64,000 nucleotides of DNA from Nemertoderma westbladi (lineage: Eukaryota > Animalia > Xenacoelomorpha), in assembly GCA_032718475.1 (NCBI GenBank), contig JAUCBJ010005988.1, forward strand, positions 1-64,000, written 5' to 3'. The notes below the pieces were generated by a model, which made no database searches, was not told the DNA's origin, and worked only from the letters and a program-made list of their open reading frames with translations. This document shows, one piece after another, positions 1-13,483 of this stretch (within the stretch, counting starts at the first letter, position 1; each line of letters starts with the position of its first letter). Position numbers and translations under genes: made by a program.

Positions 1-625
1 AAGTGGTGCAGCAGATAAGATCAGGTTCGCCATTAAATATTCGAAAGTGGTTTGGCTATATCAATCGTCCCATTGAATGATAATCAGGAATTCTTGCTAC
101 ACCAGCCAAACTTACATTTTATTAATTGTCATAGATGTACTCCATTGGGGATTAAGCGATGGATCAACTGGTTTCTAATATAGTTCATTTTCTAAATAAA
201 CATGATAATTACCACCACATAACAGTTATATACAAGCTCATTTTACATTCTTAAATTAAATAGTCACTCATTGAGTATCAGTTTCTTCTAGAGGCAGTTT
301 AGTTTAAAACTGGAAATTTTGCAAGAATTCCAATCGAGAGATAAGTTGTCAAAATATTTGCGCAATCCCTGGATTAATGCAAAAAACCAAAGGAAAAAAA
401 ACTTCGTTCTAACTCGGGAGTTGGTGGCAAGTGAGTGAACAGAGAACATATGAACAGAATGAATATATTTACAAAACCTTGCTAGCTTCAAAATACAGCA
501 GCAACAAGCATGTTTGGAATGAAAATGGTTGTTTCGTACATTTTAGAACCAAATGTGCCGATCACATATGCCGCAAACTATCTACCTGCACCGTGTGCTT
601 TTTCTCGGGACGCAAATAAAATTAC

Positions 626-838
626 CTGTAACACCGCAATTAGAGTAGATATAATCCACACCAATAGAATCATTATGAGACAGCGTTTCAAGGTCATCCG
701 GCGGTTGTACATGAAAGGGTTGGTTATAGCCCAGTACCGGTCCAGGGAGATAAAGCATAGGTTGATAATGGAGGCGGTACAGAAGAGAATGTCGGCAGAA
801 CTGAATAGCAGACAAAACGCCCACCCGAACAGCCAAAC
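626..838 (-). CDS. Aminergic class A GPCR, coding exon 3 (ECL1-TM3-ICL2-TM4); D1-like/INDR dopamine-receptor-like
   Basis: Acceptor TTATTCTAG|GTT, donor CAG|GTAATT. 213 nt encoding VWLFGWAFCLLFSSADILFCTASIINLCFISLDRYWAITNPFMYNRRMTLKRCLIMILLVWIISTLIAVLQ, with WxFG, C3.25, D3.32, DRY and W4.50. This frame is absent from the ORF track. Confidence 0.93.
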
Positions 839-899
839 CTAGAATAAAGAAGATAAAAGTTAATACAAAATAAATAGCACTAATTAAACAAATATTAAT

Positions 900-1745
900 A
901 TGTAAAGTGGATATGAGATCCCAGGCTTCCCAATTCACCAAGGTCACCAAAACGAATAACTTGGTCCCTGCCCCCAAAGAACGGCATAACCTAACCCGCT
1001 ATTGATCTTTCAGTGAAATCTCGTTAATCTCGATTGCTGCAAAGCTATACAATAGAATTCTATTAAATCGCATCAGGGATCCCATTGAGAGACTGCTCCG
1101 TGGAAATCAGAATGGGTTCCGTACCAGTTGTGGATCCATGGGGTGCCCATCCTGGCGCTTAGAAGGATAATTGAAGAGTTATAAAAAAGGAAAGACAGGC
1201 ATCTGGCTGTTCTCTTTGTTGTCTTCTTCAAGGCCTTTGATTCGGTCTCTCGCTCACGTATGTTCAGCATACTTTAATTATATGGGATTCCTGATGAAAT
1301 TATTGCAGCAATCAGATCAGTATACGATGGTTCGACAACATTTGTGTCTACTGTTGACGGTGACACAGAACCATTTGAAGTATTATGGGGCGTCCTCCAG
1401 GGAGACACACTTGCACCATTCTTGTTCATAATTGTGGTTGACTATGTTCTATGCATGTCCTTAGATCATCATAATGATGATGGGGTGATGGTAATTCCAC
1501 CTACTGCCTCCAGAAGTCGAGGAAATCCTGCCAAGTACCTAACTGATCTAGACTTTGCTGATGACTTAGGAGTACTCTCAGAATCACTAAAGGGAACCCA
1601 ACGGCTCCACAGCTCATTTCCACAGGCTGCTTCTAGTGTTGGTCTTTTTATTAACTCCAAAAAGACCAAAATTTTGATAGTTAACTTTGACAGTCCTCAG
1701 GAAATGTCTGAAAAGCATAAGCTCAAAGGATGGCATGCTTAAGAA
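900..1745 (+). mobile_element. Decayed non-LTR retrotransposon (RTE-like) reverse transcriptase fragment, in GPCR intron 2
   Basis: ISL.SIAAKLYNRILLNRI, FKAFDSVSR, GVLQGDTLAPFLFIIVVDYVL and LTDLDFADDL motifs, with frameshifts. Confidence 0.9.
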
Positions 1746-2039
1746 TATAGACAACTTCTGTTAAAGGGGGTCCTGGACCCGGAAGTCAGGTGAGGACCTT
1801 CGAATACGCAGGACAATACACACCTCTCCAACCAGACACTATATACTATTGGAAGTGTCCCATTGGTCCCCCTAAAGTCGCGGAGGCGACTTCTATGGAG
1901 GCGCCTCCGTTTCGAGGACATTGCCTTCGCCATGAGGACCATTCCGGCGTAACATTCTTAATTCACGATGCATCACAGCTATCCAGTTAGAGATTAGATG
2001 GTGGTGGCACAAATCTTTTGGTAATCCATCATAGCATCG

Positions 2040-2645
2040 CAGTGTGCAGCTGAAATGCAGTAGACCGATTATAGATAGACTCCAGTCTCCCTTTCAAGTG
2101 GGTTTAAAATGTCAAGGAAAGCCTACCTTTTATTGGTTACAGGAAATGTAGATCTGGTATGACCTCATGTTTACTTCTCCAGCAGTGCCAACTGAATCTT
2201 AATCTGCGTTCACTGAGGGTGGTTGATAAAAGTAGTATTGTACCATAAAGCTCGGCGTTTGTCATGTGTTTTCTCCAGCTTATGTTTAGGGCTGCCCTTA
2301 GTAGTCTTGTGTAGCAACCATCAATTCGTTGTTCAAGTGATTTAGTCAGTGTCCAGGTCTCACTCCCATATAAAAATAGACTTTCCACTGTGGTTCGAAA
2401 GAACTTAGTCTTCAAGTGCCTGCAGAGGTCTGATTTCCAGATGGTATCCATTTATGATAATAGTGTTAACCATGCCTTTTTTCCTTTAATAAGATCTATC
2501 TATGTCAGTTCTGCTGGTCTCTCTATCCATGTACAAAGCAACTGGAAGTCGCCAACTTTCTTTAATTGATAATTATCGATTGTGATTATTTTTCCATTAA
2601 CACTAAAAGTCACGTATTCGATTTTGGAAGCATTTATATGCAATA
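2040..2645 (-). mobile_element. Decayed RTE-like LINE, post-RT C-terminal fragment
   Basis: LHINASK.. followed by FFRTTVESLFLYGSETWTLTKSLEQRIDGCYTRLLRAALNISW..HMTNAELYG..RRLRF.WHCWR. Confidence 0.85.
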
Positions 2646-4369
2646 AAAAGAATACAGCTTTAAATTTTCAGTAATTCCTCAGAAATTTTTACCAGCAATA
2701 ATAATGTGTAGAAACAGCAAGCCTCACAAAAATGTTGGATTGTCAATCAATTTATTGAATATTTTAAACATCTAATATTGAACTTCGTTCATTATCCAAA
2801 CAGCCAAAATTCATAAAGTTGTCACATTCAAACTCCCTTGTACCTCGTTATTCTTTGAAATGTAGTAATACCTTCCACACCAGTAAAACTCCACCCTCTC
2901 ATTACACAACATTTACTCCTAGGTCACATTGTTTGCGCGTGATAGGACCTTTTATCTAAAACAGTGTCAAATGTAATGAAATTGCTGCATAACATCAATG
3001 TTCTATAATAGTGTAGGTGTAGATCTCTAATATGGAAAAATCGCCAGTGGGAGATATAGGTGTGGGGCTTGGGCTCGATTTTGGTTTTTAAAACTACGTA
3101 GCAACTACCTGGACCATGCCACCAAAACGCCTATCACAGCATTTGTAACCATATCTTGGGCTGGTGTTGAATACAGTATTCCTGAGATACTTATCCAAAA
3201 GCCCCAAGGATAATGTGAGATAAACTGAATTATTGATTAATCAAAATAATCTGTCTATCATAATAAATTTAATAAAATATGCAATGTGATGGATAGATTT
3301 AATCGATTTAATCATTTAGGTGTGACCAGTGGTCTATAAAGATCTGTTTTTTAGTTTAGCTGTTAGGCTGTTTTACTGTTATACATATGTATTATGTACA
3401 ACATTAAAGCCTGCCTAACATCTAAAAAACAGATAATTTTAATTCATTTTGATAATCTAAACCGATAACTTTTATTAATTTTAATAATATAAATAAAATA
3501 AGTCAGGAATAGAATTGCAAGAAATGAGAGTTTAATATATTATTCGCCTGCGCGTTTCCAAATTAGGAATTATTTCCCAATGAGGTATTCGATATAGGCG
3601 TACCGGCAAATGCATCTACAATTACCAGCTACGACCAACCCTTTAATGGTGGTATTATAAATTGATCTCCCTAATATGGGCAAAGTAAGATCTAATCTAA
3701 TCTCCCAAAATTAATAGATTTTCAAATTTTTGAATGATGAAAGCGAATTTTTACATTGATCATTAAAGTGATATGCTGAAGCTTAACAACGAGTTCACGT
3801 AAATAACCGACAGCTTTCGTAGCTAATGTATTCACGCTTAGTTGCGCAAGTTTAGTGACACAATATGGTGTCTAAATTGCGATTGTATTTTCGGGAAACA
3901 ATTAAATTTCTTGAACGATAATTATGACCAAACTTGGGATATTTTACCCAAATGCCGTACACTTCGTATCACGTTAACTTTACGATTAGGATTCACTTGG
4001 GATGACTTTATTGACGGATGCATAATTAAAATGTTTTTCGATCGCTAATGGAAATAAATTTAGACACTGAAATTAAAAAGAATTCCCATTAGTTTGTGGA
4101 ATAGACAGTGTTGTGTTGTGCGTGCAATGGCCTCATCCCATTCCTTATCATACGGAAACGGCATGGAAATTGAAGTCTATAATCTGATTGGTTGATCCTA
4201 ACGATACCATTGATTGCAAATCATTCACAAAAAATAGTCAATATGCTTCACAATATGGCGATAAATTATAATATAATAGGCCGACAAAATGCATCACCTT
4301 AACGCCTGCCTCAATCGAGACTCTTTGACTTCTTATTCGTGAATTATTAATGATTCTCAGGTAAACAAA

Positions 4370-5590
4370 CCCCATACTCTGCAATAAATTCACTGGTTAA
4401 TAAAAAGCTTAATCTTCAATCAATTGACTGCTTAAGGAACCTCATACTCTTCAATCAAATGACTGGTTTAGAAACCTCAGTCTCATCAATCATTCACTAG
4501 TTAAGAATCCTTATACTCTTCAATCGATTGACTGGTTAAGAAACCTCATACTCTTCAATAAATTCACTGGTTAATACAAAGCTTACTCTTCAATCAATTG
4601 ACTGGTTTAGAAACCTCAGTCTCATCAATCATTCACTAGTTAAGAATCCTTATACTCTTCAATCGATTGACTGGTTAAGAAACCTCATACTCTTCAATAA
4701 ATTCACTGGTTAATACAAAGCTTACTCTTCAATCAATTGACTGGTTTAGAAACCTCAGTCTCATCAATCATTCACTAGTTAAGAATCCTTATACTCTTCA
4801 ATCGATTGACTGGTTAAGAAACCTCATACTCTTCAATAAATTCACTGGTTAATACAAAGCTTACTCTTCAATCAATTGACTGGTTTAGAAACCTCAGTCT
4901 CATCAATCATTCACTAGTTAAGAATCCTTATACTCTTCAATCGATTGACTGGTTAAGAAACCTCATACTCTTCAATCAATTCACTGGTTAATAAAAAGCT
5001 TACTCTTCAATCCATTTGACTGCTTAAGGGACCTCATACCCTTCAATAAATACACTGGTTAATAAAAAGCTTACTTTTCAATCCATTTGACTGCTTAAGG
5101 AACCTCATACTCTTCAATAAATTCACTGGTTAATAAAAAGCTTAATCTTCAATCAATTTGACTGCTTAAGGGACCTCATACTCTTCAATAAATACACTGG
5201 TTAATAAAAAGCTTACTCTTCAATCCATTTGACTGCTTAAGGAACCTCATAATCTGCAATAAATTCCCAGGTTAAGAAGCCTCATACTCTTCAATCAATT
5301 GACTGGTTAAGAAACCTCATACTCTTCAATCAATTCACTGGTTAACAAAAAGCTTACTATTCAATCAATTGACTGGTAAAGAAACCACATACTTTTCAAT
5401 CAATTGACTGGTTAAGAAACCTCAGACTCTTCAAACAATTCACTTGTTAACAAAACGTTTTCTCTTCAATCAATTCTCCATTTAACAAAATGCATACTCG
5501 CCAACCCGCTGGTTAAGAAAAATCAATTCACAGGTTTAGAAACCTTATACTCTTTAATCAATTGACAGGTTTACAAAACGCATACTCTTT
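4370..5590. repeat. ~35-bp AT-rich minisatellite with a 139-bp (4-mer) higher-order repeat
   Basis: Monomer ACTGGTTAAGAAACCTCATACTCTTCAAT(C/A)AATT(G/C). Identical 139-bp period (e.g. 4531 vs 4670) over ~4460-4980. Confidence 0.9.
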
Positions 5591-5702
5591 GGAGAATTTA
5601 TGCGATCTTTTAGATTCGCAATTGCATGCACTAACGCAGATTGGTACTACCAAGGTTCCTCCAAAATTTTTGGTTGAGGGATTACGTTTTGTTTTATTAT
5701 AT

Positions 5703-6230
5703 AATACACCGTGCCATCAACACGGTACTATGGTACCATAACACCGTGCCATCAACACGGTACTATGGTACCATAACACCGTGCCACCAACACGGTACTA
5801 ATGGTACCATAACACCGTGCCATCAACACGGTAATATGGTACCATAACATCGTGCCATCAACACGGTACTATGGTACCATAACACCGTGCCATCAACACG
5901 GTACTATGGTACCATAACACCGTGCCATCAACACGGTACTATGGTACCATAACACCGTGCCATCAACACGGTAATATGGTACCATAACATCGTGCCATCA
6001 ACACGGTACTATGGTACCATAACACCGTGCCACCAACACGGTACTAATGGTACCATAACACCGTGCCATCAACACGGTACTATGGTACCATAACACCGTG
6101 CCATCAACACGGTACTATTGTACCATAACACCGTGCCATCAACACGGTACTATGGTACCATAACACCGTGCCTTCAACACGGTACTATGGTACCATAACA
6201 CCGTGCCATCAACACGGTACTATGGTACCA
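5703..6230. repeat. 35-bp minisatellite, ~15 copies
   Basis: ATAACACCGTGCCATCAACACGGTACTATGGTACC, near-perfect copies. Confidence 0.95.
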
Positions 6231-9104
6231 CCCTTGATCATGCACCACCTTGGCTGAGTCACACCGAATTGCACCAATTACCTATAGTAACCATAACCAT
6301 TAAATCTTAAGTTTGTGTATTATTCTCGGATGGTGGAACTCGAACTCGGATCACGGAATTTATGCCACAACGAAGTGAATCAATCATAGTTGATGGAAGT
6401 TGGGTATATTATACTCTCTAGATACACTATTTAAATAAATGCACGACCAAAAGCATATAATCGATGTTTATGTGTACCAACCCTGGAGGGGTTAAGATGT
6501 ACCAATAAGGTGTATGAGAGAGACATTGTCAGTCAGATGCCTTCTAAATCCATTAGCGGATCCCCGTTATTTGGTTGCACCTGCGTTTTTGGGATAATTA
6601 AAAAAAAAATTCCAATATGAGTTATAGATGGATGAAACTTTGTTACTGTATATTCATTCCCACCTCCCACTCCATTGTAGCTTTATTATAGATAGATAAT
6701 GCGGTTATGGTTTGTTCTCAGAGAATACTATGTCTCATTGAAATGATTGAATGAGAACGTGATGGAATGCTGAAGCTTTTGCTTTGACGAGACAAATCAT
6801 TGATCGATGGGATTGCAAACACTGTATTTATTATTTCTTTGTGATAATTCTGCAGGAATTATTTGCGAGCCACATTCTAATTAATTCAAATACCGAAAAA
6901 ATGCAAATCGTCCATCAAAATTGTCATTGGCATTCATATTCAAGGTGTCTTAAACGGGAGGGGTGCAGAAGGTCGATATATATGGGGGGAAGATAGCGAT
7001 CGGAAATGGTCGTCTGGGATCGACGATACTCGGGGGGCCGGATCGCCCGAACATGCACCGCGGCAATTTATATTTAAATAATCAAAATTAATATGAGAGT
7101 ATGCAGTATGTGGTTCTTACAACAATAATCAATATAACAATGTTCTTTGAATTCTCAATCCAATAATCTTTCTTACATCATGGTTTCTCACATGTCCCCA
7201 ATTTCAAAATGATTGCCCATTTTTAATTCGTGAATTCTTTAATCATTCTCTAAGAAAATTAACTTAATTAAAATTAATTAAATTTAATTAAAACAATTTC
7301 CTGATATATTCCATTTAGAACAAAATCGTAATAGTAATCACGAAATATTTCATTTCAAATTCAAATAATTTATATTGTCACAGTTACTACGACAACGGCT
7401 GTGCGAGGCTGTGACCCCGGGCCAGCTATAATAATTAACGACCTTACCAACAACCAACAAATCACCTAATGTGCCAAACTATTCCTGATGATTTAATTCA
7501 GTTGGAGCAGCAATCCTCATTCCATAGAACCCGCCTTCCTGCCAAAACCCACAATGCGGGGCTTCTAAGTCAACCTACCACTTATCTGGTCCAAACTGCT
7601 CTAGTGATGTCACCATTCCCTACTGCACTAGTGGCCAGGCATCCAGGAATGTGTACGGACTTCTCTGGGAAATAAATTGGACTTATTCAGTTTTACGTAA
7701 CTGTTATCGTAATTTATTAAAAGCACTTGTCAGTTTGGCTGCGTTACAACCGCTTCAGAGTTTAGTTAATTTAGGTAATTGCTAAAGTCACAGCCCGTTC
7801 TCATGTGACAAACGACAATAAGCCAGATTTATTATTATTTTGTTTTGCAGTGGTGATTGTTCGACCGGAACACATGTTCCGGTTGTCAATATTGAGGTTT
7901 TAAGGAGCTACGATTTGCAACATTGTGGTATCCAAAAACCGATGGGGGGGGGGGGGGGGGGGGATGCGTTGATGAATGCGAATATTGATATTTATGATAT
8001 TTTTATTTCGCAAAATAATTAATAGTTTTTTGTCCCACAACCCCAAACTTACAGCAAAGTGTGATGGTTGAGAAGTACCTTGTACTATAAGGTGCATGTG
8101 GACGACTGATTGATTAGTAATTTTGAATAGAAACTACCATGACAGGATAGGGGACATCGACTGCTTCGTTTCTCTATACCCGTTCCAGCGTATCTCGGTC
8201 GGGACGGCACCATGCAGCAGTGCAGTGGTATGGTACACTGCTACAGTACAGCAGTACAGTTAGTAGTACAGAACACTGATATAGTGCAGTGGTACGGTAC
8301 TCTGGACACTACCAAAGTGCAGTAGTAGTACAATACCATGCGTCAGTGCTTCAGTCAACCAATGAGACACATCCTCTGCTCGAAGTAGAAGGTCTGAGTG
8401 GAGGTGTGTTCATTGAACTTGTCACAATGAAGCTTGCTGATGTAACATTCCCGTATGTGTGTGTATGAGCCATCCAAAGATTTGGTGATAAATAAATACG
8501 AAACTCAAAACTACATAAATTCAAAACACCACCATAACTTCTTATTATCTCAGCTGATCAAGATTGGTCCATTGCATCCACATAGATCAATGTATTAATG
8601 GGTAGACAGGCACCTTCAAAATTAAAGTTATTACTCTTTATTTGTTGTAGTCTTCACCCTACGTGTACCACAACATGTAAGAATGTGTCTTTCCTGAATA
8701 TCAACTGCACAACCGGAACTGGGACGGGACATCTATAGGCTTAGTCAAATTATTCCACAATAAGCACTAAATCTCGTGCCGGGGTCAAGAATAATTCAGA
8801 AAGACAAATTTTTAATGTATTTCCACTTGTGCCAATTTCCTTTTGAGTGAAAATCTGAAATTAAAAAAAGTGAATAGTGAGGACCCTTTATTGCAAAGGT
8901 AGCATTGGCTTTATAACACAAGTGATGCGCAGTGACAAAGTGCACCTGCCTTTGCTAAAATATATTGGTTTCATATTGTATATATGTCTTCCAAAGTATT
9001 TCCCACAGGCGACATCACATTGAAACTGCTGTTGCTTCTACAGTATATGGTTTATAAATGAATGAAGCCGGTGGCATGTACTGTACACTCACACTTACAG
9101 CATC

Positions 9105-9207
9105 CCGAGAGTATTCTTAGCCCGTGGGTATTCTTAGACCGTGGGTATGCTGCTCCTTTACTAATTCGCGGGCTAAGAATTCTCGCGGGCTAAGAATTCA
9201 CCCAACC
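9105..9207. mobile_element. Small MITE-like relic with repeated inverted motifs
   Basis: ATTCTTAG(C/A)CCG x2 facing CGGGCTAAGAAT x2. Confidence 0.45.
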
Positions 9208-10941
9208 AGTTGGCAGAGATACGCCTGGGATTCGTCCCTTTGAAGAGCTGCCAGTTGTCCTCTGCATAAACATGAATATCAAAAATGAATGATTGGTGTT
9301 TGCGATATAATTCAATTTTTTTTCTGCTGGCATTGTTCAGAATGAAAACAAACAGCAGTATTCATTTTCATTCAGATGGTTGACCTTTTGTACTGCCCAG
9401 CAATTTAAAGTAAAACGGGGAATAATTATATACCTCGCTCTACCCACAATTATACTGGTTTCAGGTAACAGCTCGCACTCAGACTTACACTCGCACATGT
9501 TCACTTCGTGTTTCCGCTTAGGGGGACCATGCCCCCCCCCCCCCCCTCAAATGCTGGGGGGGGGGGGCAACTGGCCCACCCGGCCCCCCCTTGGATCCAC
9601 CACTGCCCCCAACTATTATTAGTATATTACTACAATGGGGAAACAAAACAACTTGATAATACAACATTTATTGCCATCCTGAAATGCCATTAAATATCAT
9701 TTACAATCATGGATAAAAAAAATATATTTAGCCAGACTCTTAAGCTAATTTGTGTTAAGCATTCCAGCATTATATAGACAAGCTGTCGGCTTTGGTATAC
9801 GATTTAGTTCAGGTCTCTATGGAGACATTATCTTGTCTGACTCCACCCAGACCCTACCACACTTGGGTTAATCTTAAACTGGTTTAGTCTGTCCTGTCTA
9901 GCATGTCAAAAATTCAGAAATTAATAACCGAACAGGTTCACTAACTTAGAATTCCCTGTAGCATAAAAATCTGCCTAATAATGTGTATTGATTGTAAATT
10001 TATAGCGGCTCTGAAGGGTTCGGAGAACCTTCGGAACTCAATTATTCAGAAGTGAAACGGTATTTGCACAATATAGATGCATGAGATTTTATTTCAATTT
10101 GTCATTCTACTGTATTGGAATTTTACGATTCAACGATTTCATGTTCAACATTATTGCTGTTCTGGCTACGGGAATCAAGGAGCATATCTCCATTGAATTG
10201 TGAGCTGTAAATGTTTATTCAATACTCACGATGGACGCTTTTGGCAAGAGTTAAAATCAAATGTTGTTTATTTTCTGATTTTCTTCTTTTAGGGGAGGGC
10301 CACTGGGACCAGTGTGAGTCCATAGCTTTCTAGTTCGTTTCTTTAACTGGCTTCCAACCGAAACATTCCATTTCCAGAGATGAAATCCTGAAGTTGGACT
10401 GAATTTCAATTGAACAATGTAGACACACGGCGATGTGTATGATTGATATAGACTTGCATTAACGTAAAACAGCAAAGATGCTAACCCACTCCAGCAGTAG
10501 CTGCTTCAGACTGTTTTAGAAATTTTCCACCTCATCTACTGGGGCAACACCAGTGGATGATTAGCAAACTTATCAGAACCACCTTCGCCAGCCTTCCAGA
10601 ACATGATAAGTGGCAACGGATGATGCGGTTGGAGATTTGGTCTATTCTGTCCAATGCTGCATGTGCAGTTAGATTCATCAATAGACAATTCCACCACTAT
10701 ACCACTACCATATACTGAGGCGAGGGCAAACTAATAATATATATTTTTTTTAACCAATAAAAGATATTCAGTTATTTTAATTAATTAATATTATTATTAA
10801 TATTAAATTCTAGAAAACTAAATTGATAGAAAAATTGTAAAAATGATAAAAAAATATATTTTGCGTATTGGAAATAATGTCAAAGTTAATAGGCCTAGGT
10901 AGATAGGGGGGAAACTGGACGCAATAAAAAGTTATCCCTCT

Positions 10942-11125
10942 CCAGGGGAAATTGGACGCAAATAACAGATGATTACTCTCAAAAATAAAACTGTAACCTG
11001 TTCTATTGTGTTTAGTTCATTGTTTTGGTTAAAATAACGTGCCACTGTAACCTGCTCCTTTCCCTAAATTGAGAATGTAACATTGAGGCGGGATATTAAT
11101 TCGCCAAGGCGGGATTTGCGTCGAG
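10942..11125 (+). mobile_element. Dispersed repeat carrying the TGTAACCTGCTCCTTTCCCT module (copy 1)
   Basis: Colinear with 50304-50484. The same module is tandemly amplified at 37672-38345 and also occurs at ~41975 (reverse) and ~62670. Confidence 0.7.
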
Positions 11126-11509
11126 TTACCCGGAAGAGGAAATGTATTGGAGTTTCTTCAGGGAATTTCTGACACAATACGCCTAAGCAATGTATCGGCT
11201 AAGTAACTGTATTTTTTTTACTGTTTATTGTTTGCTTTATCTCTCTCTCTCTATTATTGTTTGCTTTATCTCTCTCTCTCTCTCTATTATTGTTTGCTAT
11301 ATCTCTCTATCTCTATTATTGTTTTGTACTAATGATAATTACTGTTTTGGTTAATGCAGCTGTCAGTGTTTTTTTCACTGAAAATAATATTTAGTTGCTA
11401 AATTAATTAAACTATTGAAAATTATATTCAGGTTTGTAAAGGCGGATGTTTGTTTTGATATGTTTAGTTTGATAGGGGGGGTTTTGTCCCGGGGGTGTTG
11501 TTTTTTTTT

Positions 11510-11690
11510 TGGGGGGGGGGGGGGTTGACCGGGTGGGGAGGTTGACCGGGGGGGGGGGTTGACCGGGGGGGGGGGTTGACCGGGTGGGGGGGTTGACCGG
11601 GGGGGGGGTTGACCGGGGGGGGGTTGACCGGGGGGGGTTGACCGGGGGGGGGTTGACCGGGGGGGGGGGGGTGGGGTTGACCAAGGGGGT
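11510..11690. repeat. G-rich (G)nTTGACC repeat
   Basis: About 11 units of long G runs plus TTGACC. Confidence 0.85.
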
Positions 11691-13300
11691 TTTATCCGGG
11701 ATCCGATAAAGGTTTAGTGCAATTTCTAAAGATGTCACTCCACTCTCGATTATCGGGTGTCTACTCAGACTTAATTGAGGTTCTCATGAGCCTATTTAAA
11801 TTCCTTGAGAGTCACTGGAACCAGTATATTTAAAGATAACGGCATTATTGTGCCACTGAATTTGAGGCAAACGTACATGTGTTTCGCAATAACTAACATG
11901 CTCACCTCTAATTGTATTTTGATGTTGCTTGGGCCCCTCACTATAATTCACCAATAATTCAGAGTAATCATGATGAATGGAGGTGCTTTATTTATTCAAC
12001 TTTGTAATAATATTTTAATTATCTCGTTCTGTTTGATATGTACTGAATTAGTATTCATTGTGCAATGTGACAATCCGGGTTGCGTATTAGATACTTGGAA
12101 TGATTTTTTTTAATTAAGAATACAACCGAGGAATAGATGGAATACTCAAAGCAGAGTTCCGATTTACAATAGAACGACACATTCGAGGAGCAACCATATC
12201 ACATAGGGGAGGCGGGAGGTTGAGAATCGATCCTAATATCTGTAGATCCATCCCTCAGTTACATGTCAGAAACATAATTTCAGCTTCCCAATCAACTAAG
12301 ACATACCCCCATGTCAAATAATATTGACAAATAATGTTGACACTAACCTTGAAATTATATTACATAGCCTATTAGAACTCTGGTCTTCATTATTCGCCAA
12401 TTAGCCAAGATGTCCATCAAAAGATATAATAACGAATAGTTTTCCATTCAATTATTAGCTGCTATTATGACTATTACAGATATTGGCTTGTTATTTCTGT
12501 TTTGGATATTGGAAACATGTCAAATGATTCGGTTTTCTTAGGTGATAATTATTCATTTCTGATTGAATACTTATTAGAATACTATTTTTATTTTAGTCGT
12601 TTGGTAGGTTTTATCGAGCAGTGAGGTAGGTAACCTAGAGTATAATATCGGATGTTATTAACCCTGTGTGTGGAGTGAAACCTCCTTCAATGTTATTATC
12701 ATAAGGTGGGGTTCTATCGGGTGATGGTAATTTAAAAATCTATTTTAAAATCAATTTCGTATGTGTATGTTTGTGTTTATTTCATGAAGTCTATTTTCTA
12801 TTTAATGAACCGTGTTTGACCAACGAAACAGTCGCTGGAGGAATACCAACTATTATTCCCATGTTGTGAATTCTTGAGAATGGGACCCACTGCATAATTT
12901 CACATAATACGCTAAAATGTCCCGTTTCCAATTTACCAACGCGCCAATATAGAATGTATGAACGATGCGAGAGGGTTACACATCAAGAAGAGGTCAAATA
13001 TTAATTACCACTAAAATTGTATTAATATATTAAACCTGTCTGAGCAACAAAGCAACGCATACAAGTGATAATGTTTGTTATGAAGACGTGAGTGGAATGA
13101 AGATGAGTATGAACCCAGTGTGAAGTATCCTACTGATGATGTGAGACCAAGTTCCTTGCCAACACATGATGCATTCGATAATCTATACGGCCATAATCAA
13201 CTTATCACAAATCATCACTTTCACTTCACTGACCCTAATAAATCCTGTGATTTGATCCTAATGATATATGAAGTAAAAGCACATGGGATGCGCAACTTAC

Positions 13301-13483
13301 CTGCATTAATTGGTATGCCAAGCATATCGGCATTACCAATATTGCCACCAAAATGTCGCTAACAGCCAATGCCACTATGAAATAATTGGTGCACGTTTGT
13401 AGACGGTGATCTGTCTTCACAGCTAGAACTACAAGTATATTGCCACCAACCGACCACAGAATCAACAATGAAAGAATAATCAC
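13301..13483 (-). CDS. Aminergic class A GPCR, coding exon 2 (TM1-TM2)
   Basis: Acceptor TATTTTGCAG|GTG, donor CAG|GTAAGT. 183 nt encoding [61 protein letters not shown], with the GN (TM1) and LAVSD..VMP (TM2) motifs. Confidence 0.93.

Noticed and set aside
116-175. Candidate GPCR exon 4 (AG...|GTAAGT on the minus strand)
   Set aside because: The translation KPVDPSLNPQWSTSMTINK has no recognisable ECL2/TM5 features, so it cannot be supported without cDNA.
900-2645. Two opposed LINE pieces as one twin-primed (5'-inverted) insertion
   Set aside because: The orientation is convergent, which is wrong for twin priming, and the overlapping region differs in sequence; they are independent copies.
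10257-10475. Possible SWIM-domain-like transposon relic
   Set aside because: The CxC..CxH ligands are absent; similarity is too weak.
11412-11738. Proline-rich 108-aa ORF
   Set aside because: It is a translation of the G-run repeat.
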